A stretch of 64,000 nt of DNA from Owenia fusiformis. Its lineage: Eukaryota. The translations under genes and the position numbers were made by a program. Within the stretch, counting starts at the first letter, position 1, and each line of letters starts with the position of its first letter. Below, piece after piece: positions 37,656 to 49,215 of the stretch. The stretch covers positions 24,614,001 to 24,678,000 of the forward strand of contig CAIIXF020000001.1 in assembly GCA_903813345.2 (NCBI GenBank), written 5' to 3'. The notes beneath the pieces are model-generated. The model was not told where the DNA came from, searched no databases, and worked only from the letters and a program-made list of their open reading frames with translations.

Positions 37656-38135
37656 AGAGCTTTTAGAGCATTTTATGATCTTCCCTGCATCTTTTTTCAT
37701 GGCGCAGCGCCCACTTCAACTGAAAACTGTGCTTATCATGTGCCTACCTCAAACTTTGCCCCACTCCCAAACTCTCTACGCGAACTTCACATTATACTGA
37801 CCAAAAAGTGAAAAATGTCAGAAAAATAAAATAATTTCACATTTTCTTTGCATTGCTCCTGTGCTTGTATTAAGCATGCGAAACTAGCTTTCAAAATCTG
37901 TTGTGCATATCCCCTGGTCAATATGTTACTACTATTCATTCATAATTCATATCAACATGTGACTTTCAGTCCATATATGGCGAAAAGGGTTGGCATTCGA
38001 TGCAAACCTTTTGAATTACTTTTGGGTTTACCAATATAACAGGCAAGATTATCTGTATCGAATATGGGCTCCTGGGCCATCCTGGAACAAAGCTAAAATC
38101 AATCAAGAAATGAGCGACATGTAATCACTCATCAA

Positions 38136-38390
38136 CATGTAAAAACCTGTAACTTTCACGCTAACCTGTAAAAAGTCGACTAATCGGACGTCATTTTCCT
38201 GCACACACATAGAAGTACACATTCATGCTTTGTTGAATACGCATCTGTGAATTGAACCAATATGATTGATTACCCCATGTAAAAACCTGTAAACTTCGTG
38301 CTGGGCCACAGGAAATAAACAAATCTGACGTCATTTATCTGTACGCGCATTGAAGATCACGTTCAAGTTTTGTTAAATGCAAATTTTCAA
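38136..38390. repeat. Diverged ~140-bp tandem pair
   Basis: CATGTAAAAACCTGTAA...GACGTCATTT at ~38136 and ~38277. Confidence 0.65.
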
Positions 38391-39396
38391 TTCAATTTGG
38401 GTTCAAAACTGTATAAAGAACTACTGAACTATGTACACAGATTATATATTTTTTGTATTACATGTAGTTTTGATTTTTGAATATTTTTATTTAAAAATAT
38501 AATATATTTGTAAATATCATATTTTTATTATAGCATCAAGTAATGGCAAGAGCAGAAGAAACCCACTTCTACATCATTAATGGAAAATACCACGGAGTGT
38601 TAAATGAGGATGATCCACCACAGTAAAGCTTGCGTCCAAGACTCTAGCAGACATTGGTAAGCCCAAATGCGTTTGCTTATGTTAACTTATTTGTCTAAAT
38701 ATCATAAAATAATTCAGTATAAATCTAAATTGCGGAAATTAATCCTATTAAAAACTCATTACAGAGAGTTGTTCCATCTGATGTCAAGTTTTGCTATATT
38801 ATCAATTCTGGTTGTTACCACTTATAGTTGTACAATATAGAGCCATAAGTGATAATAAATTAAAAAATTGTACATGTATTCCTGAAAATTCCTGATTATT
38901 TTCAATAATCACTGCGCTGTCATCACAACATATTGCTTTGTAGGAACACCTTTTCCTAGGCAAGTATTCAAAGTACAAGTACAAGTAGACGGTAAATTTA
39001 ATAGAAAAACATCCGAGTTAATAGCCTTCAAATTTGTCCTGAATAGTCTCCATGTCAATCGAAATATTAACTTAATCAGCATTTTGCAGAAGATTGGAAG
39101 GATCAACTACAAGTTGTGTACAATAAATCATCGGGAAAATTTAGATCTGAATTGAATAAAATAGTTCATGCATTATTGACCAAGGGGTACACCATGCAGA
39201 CATGGTTACCGACATATTTCCAGACATATGTAAGGCAGTGGATGAATGTGATGAATCGGAAATTACTTAGGAATTCTTTATGTTGAGTGAGGAGTGGGGA
39301 ATTTGCGATGAGATTACTGTAACAGAAAATAGTCAACGACATGTATGTGAAGAGCAGTGTCCTGTTTTTGTAAATTATTAAGTACATGTAATTGAA

Positions 39397-41262
39397 ATGG
39401 AACACACAAAGACTTTATCAATAAGGAAGATACATGAGAAACTTTTGAGGCAACCAGAGTTGGATTTATTTCAAGTATTTTTTTCAATTATTCCACTAAA
39501 TCAAGGTAATATTTTAACCAATCGAAATGCAATCAAAGGGAAATGGTGCCGTATAATGAAGAAAGTACTTAGTAAAAGTAGAGCATCTGATAAAGAAAAA
39601 CAGGAACAGCTTTTAAATGGATTGATAACTCTCGAGTTTAAGCACCAAATGAATAAAAATCTTAAAACTGTAAAAAGTAGTGAGATATTTGAGAAAAAGA
39701 AGTGTACAAATAAGAAGTCTAAGTGGTCCTCTGACACTGAATTGATCAAACAATTTAAGAGAAGTGTCATTAGGCTAAAACTACAACTTAGCAAATGTAA
39801 GAAAACCTTAGCAGAGGTCAAGTTAGGTAAAAATCAAGTTAAGGAACAAGTCAAGAAAGATAAGTAAATCAAAAAATGAAGAACTCTTAAGAACCAAAAA
39901 TGAACGTCTCAAGCTAAAAGCAAAAAATAAGAAACTAAAGAGACTTTCAGCTTTACAAACAGAGAGTGCAGCCCATCTTAACAAAGTTAATTATGAACTT
40001 GAGCAAGACATAAAATTACAAACAGAAAAAATGAAGAATTAGAGGAGAGTGTAAAATATTTGGAATCAAGGATTGAAGATCAAGAATTAAAGAATGTATC
40101 ATTAATGGAAGAGGAAACTAATACTTGCACTCTAAACTTTAAAGAGACAGTTATGAATCTGACTAATTTAAAAGTACCGACACATAATGTGACTCGAAGT
40201 AGTGAAAGAAGTTGCAAAGTAATGTAATGTTACCTTAAAAGGCTAAATCCCAAATAGATAGATAGAATATCCTAGATGAGAGAAGAAATAATCTTGATTA
40301 ACGTCATTAAAATTCACAATTCAGTTAAACTGATGTCATATTTGGAATCTACGTGTAAAATCACATATAAAATGTGGTTTTGAAAAGAGTTTATCATCTT
40401 TGAAAATTCAATTCTCTTTGAAAATGTGACTTCTAGGTCGGGGAGATTCCCTATAGACCCCATGTTGTAAAACCACAAAAAGTCAAATAACTTTTCTTGT
40501 GTTGGGCAGATAATATTTTCTTTTACTGGACATATTTTAATTTGTATAACTATCACATACATAAGGGTAATATGAAAAGTGAACCACTAAAACTGATGAA
40601 TATTCAAGTTTAAGGGAATTTTGTAATACCCTGCCATGTAATTTCCCCCGAATCAGCCAGCTGGTGGCGGAACTGGTAACTACCTACTCGCATCTGAGTA
40701 ATTGCAGACAGCACACTTGCAATATGCCAGCAGCAACTTGAAACTATTAAGTCAAAGAACACTACTCTGTATTCTGACGTAACTCCGAAACATGGTCGCT
40801 GCTTTGAAGTATTCTCACTGACTGATGATGACCAACACCCATATGTTCTTGGGTTGAGGGAAAAGGGAGACAAGTCTGCCTTAACAGTTAAAGAAACATC
40901 TAAAGAAATAATAGAAGACATTAACAATATGTGGATCTAACTCTGGTAAAGACTATGATGTTGGCTTTCAGATACTTCGGAATATCAAAAATACAATGGC
41001 TGAGCCGCCACTGAGAAAAAATTTAAAAAACACAAATAAAGAGGATGCTTCAGGACTCCTAAGTGGTGAAAATCTGCCTTTCCCAAATGATATGAAGAAA
41101 GATGATGTAACACATGAGCTTTTCAAGCCATGTGAGGTCACAGATGATCTCACTCAAGCAATGCTCCAGGGCTTATGTGTAGCTATCCATGATGTCTTAC
41201 TTAGGATGGTCACTGATCATTTTCCAGGTGCCAAATTTTCTTACGAAGCAGCTAAATGTTAG
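39397..41262 (+). pseudogene. Decayed DDE transposase (hAT/P-related clan, uncertain) with coiled-coil N-terminus
   Basis: Lys/Glu-rich N-terminus; FKETVMNLTNLKVPTHNV; NTTLYSDVTPKHGRCF...YVLGLREKGDKSA...EIIEDI; LRNIKNTM; C-terminal DASGLLSG...LLRMVTDHFPGAKF. Stops, frameshifts, one insertion and a probable central deletion. Confidence 0.65.
40271..40698. mobile_element. Non-autonomous element inserted in the transposase remnant
   Basis: Ends CTAGATGAGAG.AG / CTACTCGCATCTGAG; left end homologous to ~56700-56840 and ~49755-49790 (AGATGCGAGTAGAAATAAT.TTGATTTACGTCAT). Confidence 0.6.
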
Positions 41263-41400
41263 CTTGGTTGGTTTGTCGGTTGTTTGCTTGCTTTATTTGT
41301 AAGTTGCTTGGTTTGTTTTTTTACTTGCTCAATTTTCTGCTTGCTTGGATGGTCGTTTGCTTGGTTGCTTGGTTGGTTACTTGCGTGGTTGGTTGCTAAG
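41260..41400. repeat. Degenerate (GGTT/GCTT)n microsatellite
   Basis: Seen directly in the sequence. Confidence 0.85.
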
Positions 41401-41422
41401 TTATTTTTTGAAACTTTTGAAA

Positions 41423-41706
41423 CGTAGCCAAGGAGGGGTGGGGGGGGGGTGCGAAAACAATAAAAAAAACGAGAATGAGGACTGAAAGAGCTTTAAAATG
41501 CTTTTTATTTGAAGCTTCTAGCTCACTTTGGAAGGAACTTGCATCCAGTTTTTGTAAAATTCAATATAAAAATCATTTTTGGCTTGTTTATGTCACAATC
41601 GCACCCCCCTGTTTATCTCACCATCGGCCCCCCCCCCCCCCCCCGACTGAAAACCGAAATCATTTTGGAACGCACTCCCCCTGACTGAAAGCTGGCTACG
41701 CCCCTG
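41423..41706. mobile_element. CAGGGGCGTAGCCAG-type MITE, copy 2
   Basis: CGTAGCCA...GCTGGCTACGCCCCTG with the family core sequence. Confidence 0.75.
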
Positions 41707-42314
41707 ATATCTGTTTTTGGCCATCAATAAACTATATTTATATTGTGAGCATTTATGGGTTTTGATAACAATTGGCTTTATACATGTATAATTAATCGAA
41801 TTTCATATTGTATCATGTTGGCTAAATCCCGGGGCTATATTGTTTTAAGTGAAGAATTAAGAACTGAAAACAGGGTTTGCTTAGTTTGAGTCAGGGAACA
41901 AAATGTAATCAGACAGACGGATAAATGAGTATTATAGGTTATAGGCAGTACCTTGGGAACCAAATAAACGTGTATAGGATTATTTTTTGTTTACTTCGGA
42001 ATTGAGTGAGCCATCTGTAGTTTTAAAAAGAAAGATCAATAAATACATGTAATCAAGATCAAATATTAGAAATCTATTTTTGGCTGGACAAATTTTTGTT
42101 CTCGAATGTCAAGCAGAACCTTCATGTTCTTTATTCATTTGGAACTTTGATTTGAATTATTTCAATCAAAATGAAAATAATGTTACAAGTGCTCTACTTT
42201 GGTGATAAAAATAACTGGATCATATTGAACGAGGACAAGTACATATGTTTCTATTTTTTATATACTGTTGCAAAAGTCATTGGATTGCTTATTTTTTAAA
42301 CTCAAAGTAGTTCC

Positions 42315-43453
42315 CAGGGCTCGAAATTAGCGTAGCGAGGGTGCGATTTCGCTACCTAATCCTGCCAAACGCTTCCTGTTTAACTCCCGAAGGAGCTATT
42401 ATCACACCCTGGCTCAAACCTCACTTTATTTCAACTAAATTTGACGATTTCTTACGATCTGTTTTGATCAAACTTGAATCAGATGACTTTGTTTATCCGC
42501 CTCGTTTTGAGTAAGTATTCCGAACGTAATTTGAAAGACTGGAGTTCATTGGTCGCATTTACAGATAAAAGTTTGATAAGCCAATCAGACAGTCGATAAC
42601 TAATTGGAAAAGGGAACTATTTTATCGTGGAAGAAATGAATGGAATCGTAGTACATATATAGTATAAAAGATGTCATGCGATATGTTTGACCAATAGGCT
42701 TACAGAGATACACGCATAAATATTCATGAGTTTCAAGATGGCGAGTAATTCATTTACAAAATACAGCTTCACCATTTCTCAAAAATTTACCGTCAAAGGT
42801 AAATATCCTGCTTAAATTAGTAGCTAATCATTTACTTATAGAAACATAAGACAAGCCTCGATAATTCTTCGGTGAATTAAAGCTTCAGGATAACAAGTTT
42901 CAAAATCTTCAATTTTTGAATTTCTCCCGGAATTTAGCTCCGTAAGCAGACTACTTTTTCTACAATCAACTAAACGGGGATACCAATTTAATTTCACGGT
43001 AAATTATGCAGGAATTTTACTATCGTAGTATTATTTTTTACAGATGGCGCGGGATCGAGCAGTATATCTCATTCGAATTCTGGTACCCAAAAGATAGCTG
43101 ATAGCTGAATAATGATCGAGAAAATCCAACCGAAAGAGCCCCAAGTCCTGTGATTCAACTACAACTCCATGATGAAAATCCGGGTGAAAATCCACCCCCA
43201 AATCAACCTCCAAGTCCTGTAATTCAACTAGAACTTATTGCTGAAAATCTAAATATTGATCCAGATCAAGATAATCCCAAAAAAAACTCAAAAAGAAAAA
43301 TCCAAAAACAGTGATAATAGCAGATGGCAATGTCAATATACTAACTGTAAAATTATTCAAACTTTGAAAAACTGGAAATACCAGGACCACTTATGCAGTT
43401 GCCTCCCTCTATCAACTGCTGCAGTAGAGAGAGGATTTTCAAATTTAAAAAGA
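42315..43453 (+). mobile_element. hAT transposon remnant
   Basis: Begins CAGGGCTCGAAATT (hAT-like terminus); CLPLSTAAVERGFSNLKR at ~43400-43453 matches the hAT C-terminal dimerisation motif. Confidence 0.7.
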
Positions 43454-43752
43454 TGGAAGATTGTAGCAAGGTATAATGGCCCAAAAACAAAATGTGTCAT
43501 CCAGCCAATCATCAGGCAAGATGGCACGATAGCTGTGACCGACAAAGAAATCACAGAAGCTTTTATGGTCAAATATGGAAATGAAATTATGTCTGTCCAA
43601 TCTCATTCAATATGGTACAACTATGTTGAAAACACAGTTGAGAGAATTTTGACAACACAAAGAGCTATTATTACTGAAACGAACTATAGCAAAACTTGTG
43701 AAATAAAAAACATTGATCTGAATTTATATGAGATTGAGAATGCCATAAAATT
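43454..43752 (+). pseudogene. Non-LTR retrotransposon ORF2 fragment (pre-RT linker), part 1
   Basis: WKIV...IQPIIRQDGTIAVTDKEITEAF...NIDLNLYEIENAIK; continues in frame at 47263 once the insertion is removed. Confidence 0.75.
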
Positions 43753-44732
43753 GGTTATATATATTTTACAAGTGGATCCAAGAGACCAAGTGGGCAAGTC
43801 CATTATTTTGCAGTGGTGGCAGGATATACACATCATACTCACATTGCCTTATTAAAGAAAACCTTCTAAAAGTTTAGTAGACTAGTCAATAAATACCAGA
43901 TCTGTAAATTCCGAAATCAGAAGCGAATTCAATAAAAACCAGATTAGAATGCACAAATACAAGATCACAGATTTTTTCAATCAGTGCAAGTATTGGTGTG
44001 CTGAAATACTTCATTTTCGATCAAGACTTGTTAATTGTTCATCGAGTGAATGTTTTTTCGACCCATTTCCAATATGGCGGTTTGCTAGGAGCGAGATACG
44101 CAACGAACGAAATGAATTTTGAGAATGATTAAGGTTCGGACAACCTCCGGATGTCTGAGCAGAAAACACCATATTGGAATTTGGTAGTAAAAACATTCAC
44201 CATTATTCAGCTGTCCATTTCCCCGTTTGAGAGCCATAAGTTTCAAAATCTAACAAGGCTCTCGAAGTGAGTAAATTTGAGGCAGTTTTGATCAATTTTG
44301 CAAAGGGTTAATTTGATTCTCATCTGTCTCAACAAAACAGGAATATCCCAGAATTCATACAGGCATACATCTCTTATGTTAACTATATCATTGATTGGGA
44401 AAGGGTTCATCTATAATCCTGGGAAATGACCTCTTCTGGACGTAAAGCATGGGAACATCTGATATGACCAGTTCACATGGCAGTGTGTCACCTGTCATTT
44501 CTCTGGAATGATGTACACTTTCCTCCAAAAGATTGGAAACAATTGTAGTACAGTAAAACCTGTATATCTGAACACTTGGCTAATCCGAAAACCTCCCGAT
44601 TTGAACATTTTTTGGTCCCGTTTTTCCTCCCATTGACTCAAATGTTAAAAAAACCTTGAAATGTGAACACCTCCCAATTTGAGCTGTGAACAGTCGTGTT
44701 TGAAAAATTAACCTATCTAATCTGAACACTTT

Positions 44733-46206
44733 GGGTTTACGTAAAAGACCGACCCCACCGACCACCGACCGGTCGGTGTTTTCCACTGGTAGCCTCAAAA
44801 CAGGGTTTGAAGAAAATGTGTAAAAGACCGACCATATCATGTAAAAGACCGAACATATTTGTAGCCTTAAAATATTAATAATTTGATTTTGAATGTCAAT
44901 CGTTGGGACTAGGCAACGGTTTTTACCGATTTTGTACCTTGCAACGAATGGCAAGCAAACAAATTGGGCATGACCGTCTCCTCTCGATTAATTGTCCTGC
45001 CTTAGCTCCTAACCTATCATTAACCAACCTATCGTTTCTACGGGAATCTATCCTAATTTTTTTACTAAAATTTAACAATTTCGAAACAAAAATGATTTGT
45101 TATCGTCATAGCCTACTGAATACTGAACACGATGTAACATGCGTTCTCTTATCGGGATTAAAAGTGACTTACCATTTCAGTACACCATTAGAAAGCTTTT
45201 TTTGTCATACCAAATGTAGTTTTTACCAGTTGACGTTTAACAACTGAGAAATCAAACATAACGTTATGACGTCAACTTCGACGATGTGTTTTTGTTATTG
45301 CGTTTCATATGAATGAACTTAATGCAATGTTACGTGCGTTTTTTTCAAAAGTGACTAACCAGGATGAAATTGGTCTTCTAACAACTGAAACATCACTTAA
45401 AAATATGACATTACACACCACGACGATGTAACGTTTTCATCGTGATTTGAAATGATTAATTATACGTTTTTAAATCACGACCTAGCAAAGGTACTATAGT
45501 CATTGGATTCCCAGTTTTAGTTTTACTTCTAATTTTGCATTTTTTCATCTTTATGTAAAAGACCGTCAGCCGACCACCATGTACCCCCGGGGGGTTCACT
45601 ATATATAAACCTTGACGGGGATCCTCGGCGCATGTGGGGTACCTTTTTCAACGTTTGGTATGGCAATGGACCTATATTTTAGGATTTGGTATGGGAATGC
45701 CCGGAAATTTTTGACTTCTGAGGTATGGCAATGGTCAGACTTTTGCTCTTCTGGTATGAGAATGGTCGTTGTAGATACGTTGCCTAACATTCGTGGTATG
45801 GCATTGGTCCAGTAGTTCCTTTGTATGACATTGATCCTATATTTCATTTACTTTGAATTAAGGTATGGCATTGGTCCCATATTTGGACATTTGGTATGGC
45901 ATTGGTCCTATATTTTGATTTTTGGTATGGCATTGGTCCCATAATTGGGCATTTGGTATGGCATTGGTCCTATATTTGGACATTTGGTATGGCATTGGTC
46001 CTATATTTGGACATTTGGTATGGCCTTTGGGCGTTATTTTGGTTGGTATGGGAACATATTGAAATTTGACAGATTGGTATGGGAACATATTGATATTTGA
46101 GGCTTCAGCCTAGGACCCCCGTCGAGTTTTATATACAGTGAACCCCCCGAGCATGTACCCAACTGTGGAGAGTGACTGGTCGGTGGTCGGTGTTTTCCAC
46201 AAACCC
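44733..46206. mobile_element. MULE-like element
   Basis: Termini GGGTTT...ACCGACC / GGTCGGT...AAACCC; perfect 9-bp TSD GAACACTTT (44724-44732, 46207-46215). Confidence 0.88.
45586..46151. mobile_element. MITE with 8-bp TSD and internal 31-bp tandem repeats
   Basis: TIR C(C/T)CGGGGGGTTCACT.TATATAAA; TSD CATGTACC (45578-45585, 46152-46159); GGTATGGCATTGGTCCTATATTTGGACATTT array at ~45862-46025. Confidence 0.88.
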
Positions 46207-47262
46207 GAACACTTTTCATAAAATATCACATGTTCCATACAAAATTTCTCAAATACATTTATTTGAAAAAACCTTAAATGATCTCACTCAAGGTAGGGCT
46301 TTCTAGGATGACTAAATTCATTTGAATCAGATTTTCATGTCACTTGAGTGTAATGCCATAAAGCTATGTACAGTGCTATATATAATAATAAAGGTTGCGT
46401 TTTCAAACTTAACAGAGTGGTCCTACCAAAATGAATTTGCCTACATACCCCTGAAACTCTTATCTGATAGATAGAATGCACAAATAAAACAAAAGTTTTG
46501 CCTATTATAGGTAAAAAGTTCTCTTGAAATTTCGAAGTGATTTTACCTGTTAATTCTGTCGAAGGTCCGCCATTTTTGCGGAAGTTACACTGAAACGCAA
46601 ACTCCATGAAACGAAACGAAATCACTAGACAAAAAACATGGCCCACGTGCGCATGTGCAGCAAAGTTTAAACCAATCAGATTATTTGATTATTTTGCGCA
46701 CATGAATTATTTGCTTCTGAGCACTTACAAGCTTACCACAATAAACAAACCTGGCAGAGACTACCCTTAGCCTACTTCATTTTGGCGAAATTTCAGCTCA
46801 AACTCGTGACAAATGCATTATGCATACGCTGGTGAGAAGCCTTGAAGACACTCATTTTGGTAAATATGATTTATGGGGTATACTTTTCTGCAGTTTGTGG
46901 GAGTTTGGGACATTAAATGTTAAAATTCAAGAAAATATGACAATTAAACGACTAATCGATTAATATATACCAGCACTGTAGTCAAATAAAGCTATGTAGT
47001 CAAATAAATATTTATTGAGAATTTGTTCCTATTTCTTCAAAATCCAAAATCTTGCAAATGCAAAACCTCAATAGAGTAGACGCATGTGTTTACTGGGCAA
47101 AGATCTTCACTAAAGAGGTGTTCATTATGACAGTTTTACTGTTCTGAAATCAATCCTGGGAATTCACTTTACAAAATTGAAATGTGTGTATCATACCACC
47201 CCTGCAATATAATTAACTCGCCCACTTGGTCTCTTGGATCCACTTGCAAAATATATATAACC

Positions 47263-47400
47263 CATAAAATCATGTGCCAATTACTCGTCACCGAGCCCTA
47301 GGGAAAAGATACATAGCATCATGTTAAAAAATGGGGGCAGTGCTTTGTCAAAATCACTTCATAATCTTTTTCAAACCTGGGTCTAAAGGCGTATTGCCAG
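47263..47400 (+). pseudogene. Non-LTR retrotransposon ORF2 fragment, part 2 (RT domain start)
   Basis: IKSCANYSSPSPREKIHSIMLKNGGSALSKSLHNLFQT resembles the SAPGPD-x-I-x-x-x-MLK motif. Confidence 0.75.
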
Positions 47401-47899
47401 CAAAGTTTTGCAAGCCAAGCTAGAATTTTGAATCGGACTGTAAAAATTGAGCTTGAAGAATTACCTGTTTCAACGAAGCTTTCAGTCAGTCTTCATCTTC
47501 CATAAGGCTATGACCAGTGGCACATAATAACGAATGGACTGCAACTACTTCCTATTGAAAGAAAAGTGGTTGTTCGGTGTAAAATCATTATAATACTCGA
47601 AATCAAACATCATGGGTTGATAGCGCCTTAAGTCGGGCGTCTCTAAAATTAAGAATCAAAACGGAATCACTGTCTGTAGAATAAATTGGATTCAGCGCTT
47701 TCGAATTCGATCTTAGGGAGCATTTCAAAAGATCGATATAGGAAAATTAACTATTAGTTAGAGAGGGAGGGGGTCATTTTCCTTAAAAGTTAACGCGTCG
47801 ACATCATACCCGGGAATTTTCTTAGTGTATTATTACTTGAATGAAGCAACAAGTGTCGGGTTTGTGTAAAAAACCGGGTGACCGGGTAACCGGGTACTA

Positions 47900-48640
47900 A
47901 CGTTCCTAGCAGGGTTAGGAATTTATAATGTTGGATCTGGACAAAACATGTGCGTTATTTTCGACGTCACGTTGAGGTTATTTCACATCGTAAGAACGTT
48001 TTGACAACGTTAACTTTGAACGTTAAAATAACGTTGGTAATGGACCGATTTAGTGAGAACATATTGACGTCTTTGTAACGTTTCCTTAAATATTTTGAAG
48101 CCATTTCCACAATGTTGAAATTCAACCATCCATCGACGTTTTGCTGAATATTTAAATAACGTCAGATCAATACGGTCCATGAACTTCATTATTGACGTCA
48201 CGTATTGAGGTTATTTCAAATCGAAAAAACGTTTCGACAACGTTAAATTTTAACGTTAACAATACGTCGGAAATGAATCGACTTAGTGAGAACACAAAGT
48301 TTTTGACATGTTTTTTTCCACCAACAAATATTTTGATATTAAAAGCCTGTTTTGACAACGTTGAATGTTAACGTTTGAGTTACGTCACATATAGACCAAT
48401 GTAGTAAAAAATCAAACGTTCCTGTTTGTTATGTTTTCCACACTAACGAACTTTACGGACACGTTACAACAACGTTATTTTTATACCATCAATAGATGTC
48501 TCATGTTTACGTTGCCTCGCATGTGTAAAGAACGAAAATGTGCAACGTCTTCTAGGAACTTATATGCTACTTATGAGCAACGTGACATGGACGTCACTGT
48601 TTCCTGGATCAATTATCAAGTGCTCCGTCTCGTATAGGGT
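47900..48640. repeat. AACGTT/GACGTC-rich decayed element with internal duplication
   Basis: ~47963-48062 repeated at ~48194-48296; dense ACGT motifs. Confidence 0.6.
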
Positions 48641-48929
48641 AAAAATATCGAAATTTCTGCGAATTCGTTACGGTATTTGAAAAATGTAGTAACTCAGTAA
48701 CAACTTGATGTCGTAACTCTGAAAAGTGAAAAATACGGACATAATCGGAAATAAAGTCAAGTTACATCTCATATGATATGATCTCTTATCATATGTCTTA
48801 TGTTATACACACATCACCCCCCCTCCCCCTCCGTTCAATTTTAATGATTTTCTATTATTTTTATATAACGTATATGGCAACGTGTTTTACAAAACTAATT
48901 AACGATGACAACAGTCTTGTGATAATAAC

Positions 48930-49215
48930 TTCACTTACAAGTATTTTTTACCCCTGTTGCTTGATTTATAGCAAAAACATAGGCATTTGCACGTTGGCGC
49001 ATCACCTTTTTAATAGATCTTTTGTCCTCGAAGTCCATCAGTTCAAAAAAATCCAAGAAGACCTAACATATTTCCCCGTGCACTACGCCTATTCATTTAG
49101 TCATTCAACTTGTGAACTTTCTCTTGAAAAAATAAATCTCCAAGATTCGTTGAATTTCCTACCGAAAGTCAGCTACTCCCCCTTCGTTCATTTCTTCCAA
49201 TCACCGGGCATGCAT
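48930..49215 (-). repeat. Diverged dispersed repeat with coding-like character (copy 2)
   Basis: Reverse complement aligns with 23345-23620. Confidence 0.75.

Larger units (their letters stand above)
44551..47141. mobile_element. pogo/Tigger-like non-autonomous element (right end decayed)
   Basis: TA-CAGTAAAACCTGTATATCTGAACAC at 44549; imperfect complement GTGTTCATTATGACAGTTTTACTG ending at 47141. Confidence 0.55.
43753..47262. mobile_element. MULE-like element splitting the LINE fragment
   Basis: ~47-bp TIR GGTTATATATATTTT(A/G)CAAGTGGATCCAAGAGACCAAGTGGGC; 9-bp TSD CATAAAATT / CATAAAATC. Confidence 0.88.

Noticed and set aside
45599-46088. ORFs with IGPMPYQ repeats
   Set aside because: They translate the 31-bp tandem repeat inside a MITE.
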